Positions 52,732-54,604 of a stretch of DNA of 54,604 nt are shown piece by piece. The stretch's first letter is position 1. Each line of letters opens with the position of its first letter. The notes under the pieces are model-generated. The model ran no database searches, was not told the DNA's origin, and saw only the letters and a program-made list of their open reading frames with translations. This DNA is from Acidimicrobiia bacterium (GTDB lineage Bacteria > Actinomycetota > Acidimicrobiia > Spongiisociales > ZC4RG35), in NCBI GenBank assembly GCA_026989215.1, contig JALSJV010000242.1, positions 1-54,604 on the forward strand, in the 5' to 3' direction. Position numbers and translations under genes: made by a program.

Positions 52732-54371
52732 CGCTACGGATACGGTGGCTCGGTCGGCTGCCCTACGGGGAGGCGTGGGACCTCCAGCGGGCCTTCTGGG
52801 AGGGACGAGTCGAAGGGCGCTCCCGCGACGACTATCTCCTCCTGGTGGAGCATCCCCCCGTGATCACCGTCGGCCGCAACGCCGACGGGTCGAACCTGCT
52901 GGCCTCCGAGGAAGCCCTGGCCGGTCGTGGCGTCGAGCTCCACTGGGTGGACCGGGGCGGCGACGTCACCTACCACGGTCCGGGGCAGCTCGTCGGCTAT
53001 CCCATCCTCCGTCTCGACGACCCCCGTCAGGTCGTCCCCTACGTCCGGAAGCTCGAACAGGTCCTCATCGATACGCTCGCCGGGTTCGGCGTTGCGGCAT
53101 GGCGGGAAGAGGGTCTCACCGGGGTCTGGACCGACCAGGGGAAGGTGGCGGCGATCGGCGTGAGGGTGTCTCGGGGAGTCACCATGCACGGGTTCGCCCT
53201 CAACCTCGATCCCGACCTGGAGCATTTCCGGCTCATCAACCCCTGCGGGATCACCGACCGGCCCGTTGCCACCCTCTCGGGACTGGTGGGCCGCCGGGTC
53301 ACCTTGGAGGAGGCGACGAAGGCGCTCATCCCCCACTTCGCCCGGGTCTTCGGATACGGGGAGACGGAGACCCAGCTCGCTGCGTTCATTCGAGGCCAGG
53401 GGAAGGAGCGTGCCTTCGAGGTCGACCGCTTGTTGGCCCAAGGGACCTTCAGCCCCGAGGCTCGGGCCGCCGAACCGGTCCTGATCGGTGGCCGGCTGCC
53501 CGGTGAGCCGCCTCGACCCCCGTGGATGCGGGTGACCGCCCGGATGGACGGCGACTATCGGGACCTCAAGAAGCTGATGCGGGGCCTGGACCTCCACACC
53601 GTCTGTGAAGAGGCCGGGTGTCCGAACATCTTCGAGTGCTGGTCGATGGGGACCGCCACCCTCATGATTCTGGGGGACCGCTGCACGAGGGCATGCGGGT
53701 TCTGCAACGTCACCACGGGGCGACCGACCGAGGTGGACGTGTTGGAGCCCTTCCGAGCGGCGGAGGCAGTTCGAGCGATGGGGCTCACCCACGCCGTGAT
53801 CACCTCGGTGAACCGCGACGACCTGGCCGATGGGGGAGCGTCGATCTTCGCAGCCACCATTCGGGAGATTCGCCGCGCATCTCCCGGCACCGCGGTGGAG
53901 GTGCTGATCCCCGACTTCAAGGGCGACCGCGACGCCCTGCAGACGGTGATGGATGAACGTCCGGAGGTCCTCAACCACAACACCGAGACGGTGCTCCGGC
54001 TCCAGCGGGAGATCCGCACCGCGGCGAACTACGGACGGTCGCTGTCGCTGCTGTGGCGGGCAGCCCAGATGTACCCGGAAGGTCTCACCAAGTCGGGCCT
54101 CATCGTGGGCATGGGGGAGACCGAAGAGGAGGTGTTGGGGGCGTTGGCCGACCTGCGGGCGGTCGGAGTGGACATCGTGACGATCGGCCAGTACCTGCGG
54201 CCCACCGCCCGGCATCGTCCGATCCACCGCTATGTCCATCCCGACGAGTTCTCCCGCTACAGGGATTTCGGCGAGGGCATCGGCATCCCCCACGTCGAGT
54301 CGGGACCGTTGGTGCGTTCCAGTTACCACGCCAAGGAGAGCGCCCGCTCCGTCCCAGTAACCATCACCTGA
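52728..54371 (+). CDS. lipB-lipA: single open reading frame encoding lipoyl(octanoyl) transferase LipB (N-terminal) and lipoyl synthase LipA (C-terminal)
   Basis: GTG start in a GTGA overlap with the E2 stop. LipB motifs ..RGGDVTYHGPGQLVGYP.., ..KVAAIGVRV.., ..NPCG... LipA motifs ..LHTVCEEAGCPNIFECW.., ..CTRACGFCNV.., ..SSYHA... No stop codon separates the two halves. Confidence 0.85.
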   Translation: MTLRIRWLGRLPYGEAWDLQRAFWEGRVEGRSRDDYLLLVEHPPVITVGRNADGSNLLASEEALAGRGVELHWVDRGGDVTYHGPGQLVGYPILRLDDPRQVVPYVRKLEQVLIDTLAGFGVAAWREEGLTGVWTDQGKVAAIGVRVSRGVTMHGFALNLDPDLEHFRLINPCGITDRPVATLSGLVGRRVTLEEATKALIPHFARVFGYGETETQLAAFIRGQGKERAFEVDRLLAQGTFSPEARAAEPVLIGGRLPGEPPRPPWMRVTARMDGDYRDLKKLMRGLDLHTVCEEAGCPNIFECWSMGTATLMILGDRCTRACGFCNVTTGRPTEVDVLEPFRAAEAVRAMGLTHAVITSVNRDDLADGGASIFAATIREIRRASPGTAVEVLIPDFKGDRDALQTVMDERPEVLNHNTETVLRLQREIRTAANYGRSLSLLWRAAQMYPEGLTKSGLIVGMGETEEEVLGALADLRAVGVDIVTIGQYLRPTARHRPIHRYVHPDEFSRYRDFGEGIGIPHVESGPLVRSSYHAKESARSVPVTIT

Positions 54372-54376
54372 ACCTT

Positions 54377-54424
54377 CTCCCCCCGCGAAGCGGGGGGAGT
54401 CCCCGGCGGCGGAGCCGCCGGGGG
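54377..54424 (+). terminator. two consecutive GC-rich hairpins immediately after the lipA stop (possible intrinsic terminator without U-tract)
   Basis: Hairpin 1: CTCCCCCCGC-gaa-GCGGGGGGAG (54377-54399, 10-bp stem). Hairpin 2: CCCCGGCGG-cggag-CCGCCGGGG (54401-54423, 9-bp stem). No T-run follows. Confidence 0.35.
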
Positions 54425-54493
54425 AGGGGGGTGGTGGTGTGCGAAGCGGGGGGAGTCCCCGGCGGTGGAGCCGCCGGGGGAGGGGGGTGGTGG
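54385..54493. repeat. tandem duplication of a 53-nt unit (56-nt period)
   Basis: gcgaagcggggggagtccccggcgg[c/t]ggagccgccgggggaggggggtggtgg occurs at 54385-54437 and 54441-54493, with one mismatch. Confidence 0.9.
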
Positions 54494-54498
54494 TCGTG

Positions 54499-54604
54499 GG
54501 GTACTTCCCCCTCAGCTCTCTCCGCGCGGCAGGCCGCGCGCTGCTGCACCCCCATCCCCCGCCTCCTTCGTCGGCGGGTACTTCCCCCTCAGCGCTCTCT
54601 CCGC
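54499..54604. repeat. second dispersed repeat (27-29 nt) at the window edge
   Basis: GGGTACTTCCCCCTCAGC(gc)TCTCTCCGC occurs at 54499-54525 and 54576-54604 (a 2-nt indel). The second copy is cut by the window end. Confidence 0.8.

Noticed and set aside
53400-53530. A separate lipA gene starting inside the lipB-lipA frame. A GGAAGGAG lies at about 53400, with TTG codons near 53430 and an ATG at 53526.
   Set aside because: This cannot be excluded, but lipB has no stop codon, so the sequence itself supports only one ORF. ATG 53526 would remove the conserved PxW N-terminal motif. It is reported as a fusion with this caveat.
54364-54555. 63-aa minus-strand ORF over the repeat region
   Set aside because: Its translation is poly-Pro/Arg, derived from the G/C repeats. 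There is no RBS or coding-like composition.
54372-54604. Possible CRISPR array. The first hairpin CTCCCCCCGCGAAGCGGGGGGAG superficially resembles a type I-E repeat.
   Set aside because: The sequences between the hairpin-like pieces are themselves duplicated (a 53-nt unit repeated with one mismatch), so there are no unique spacers. The second repeat type has an indel and a gap of about 50 nt. No cas genes are in the window. I treat it as tandem or dispersed repeats, not CRISPR.
1-54604. Mobile elements, prophage, defence systems, toxin-antitoxin pairs, tRNA/rRNA genes
   Set aside because: I looked for integrase, transposase or recombinase motifs, terminal inverted repeats flanking the glycan locus, nuclease/helicase/methylase signatures and tRNA-like cloverleaf regions in the few gaps longer than 100 nt. 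I recognised none. The locus borders are ordinary housekeeping genes.

Overview
High-GC (roughly 70% by eye) Actinomycetota-like chromosomal segment. I recognised no rRNA, tRNA, transposase, integrase, prophage or CRISPR. Left edge (1-3113): two acyl-CoA dehydrogenase genes, three small translationally coupled genes and an alpha/beta hydrolase. Core (about 3.2-48.8 kb): one very large cell-envelope glycopolymer locus. It holds 7 GT4 and 7 GT2-type glycosyltransferase proteins, a WecA/MraY-type priming transferase, a GT-C-like membrane protein, two MOP/Wzx-type flippases and a Wzy-like polymerase candidate. It also holds a Wzz-type co-polymerase fused to a degenerate BY-kinase module, a CapD-type dehydratase, rmlA, rmlC, several SDR and other oxidoreductases, and many modifying enzymes (2 GNAT domains, 2 CE4 deacetylases, 2 sulfotransferases, 1 SAM methyltransferase). 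A secreted beta-propeller protein with three CWB2 wall-binding repeats and a GH30-like lipoprotein are also present. Right edge: lpdA, an E2 acyltransferase and lipB/lipA, followed by structured tandem repeats that run off the window. Genes were called by recognisable family motifs in the ORF-track translations, and starts were refined using stop/start overlaps (ATGA, GTGA), which are pervasive here. Observations most worth follow-up: (1) a conserved 20-bp element at a fixed 21-22 nt distance upstream of TAGnnT -10-like hexamers in three separate promoter regions of the locus; (2) four tandem paralogous GT2-like modules whose DXD position is acidic in some copies and absent in one; (3) a Wzz/BY-kinase-like protein lacking the Walker A GK[ST] and carrying a large unassigned C-terminal domain; (4) a convergent sulfotransferase pair beside a CWB2-anchored propeller protein; (5) several domain fusions (NTP_transf_5-like/GT4, GT4/GNAT, LipB/LipA). 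All functional calls are from motif recognition by eye. No database search was run.
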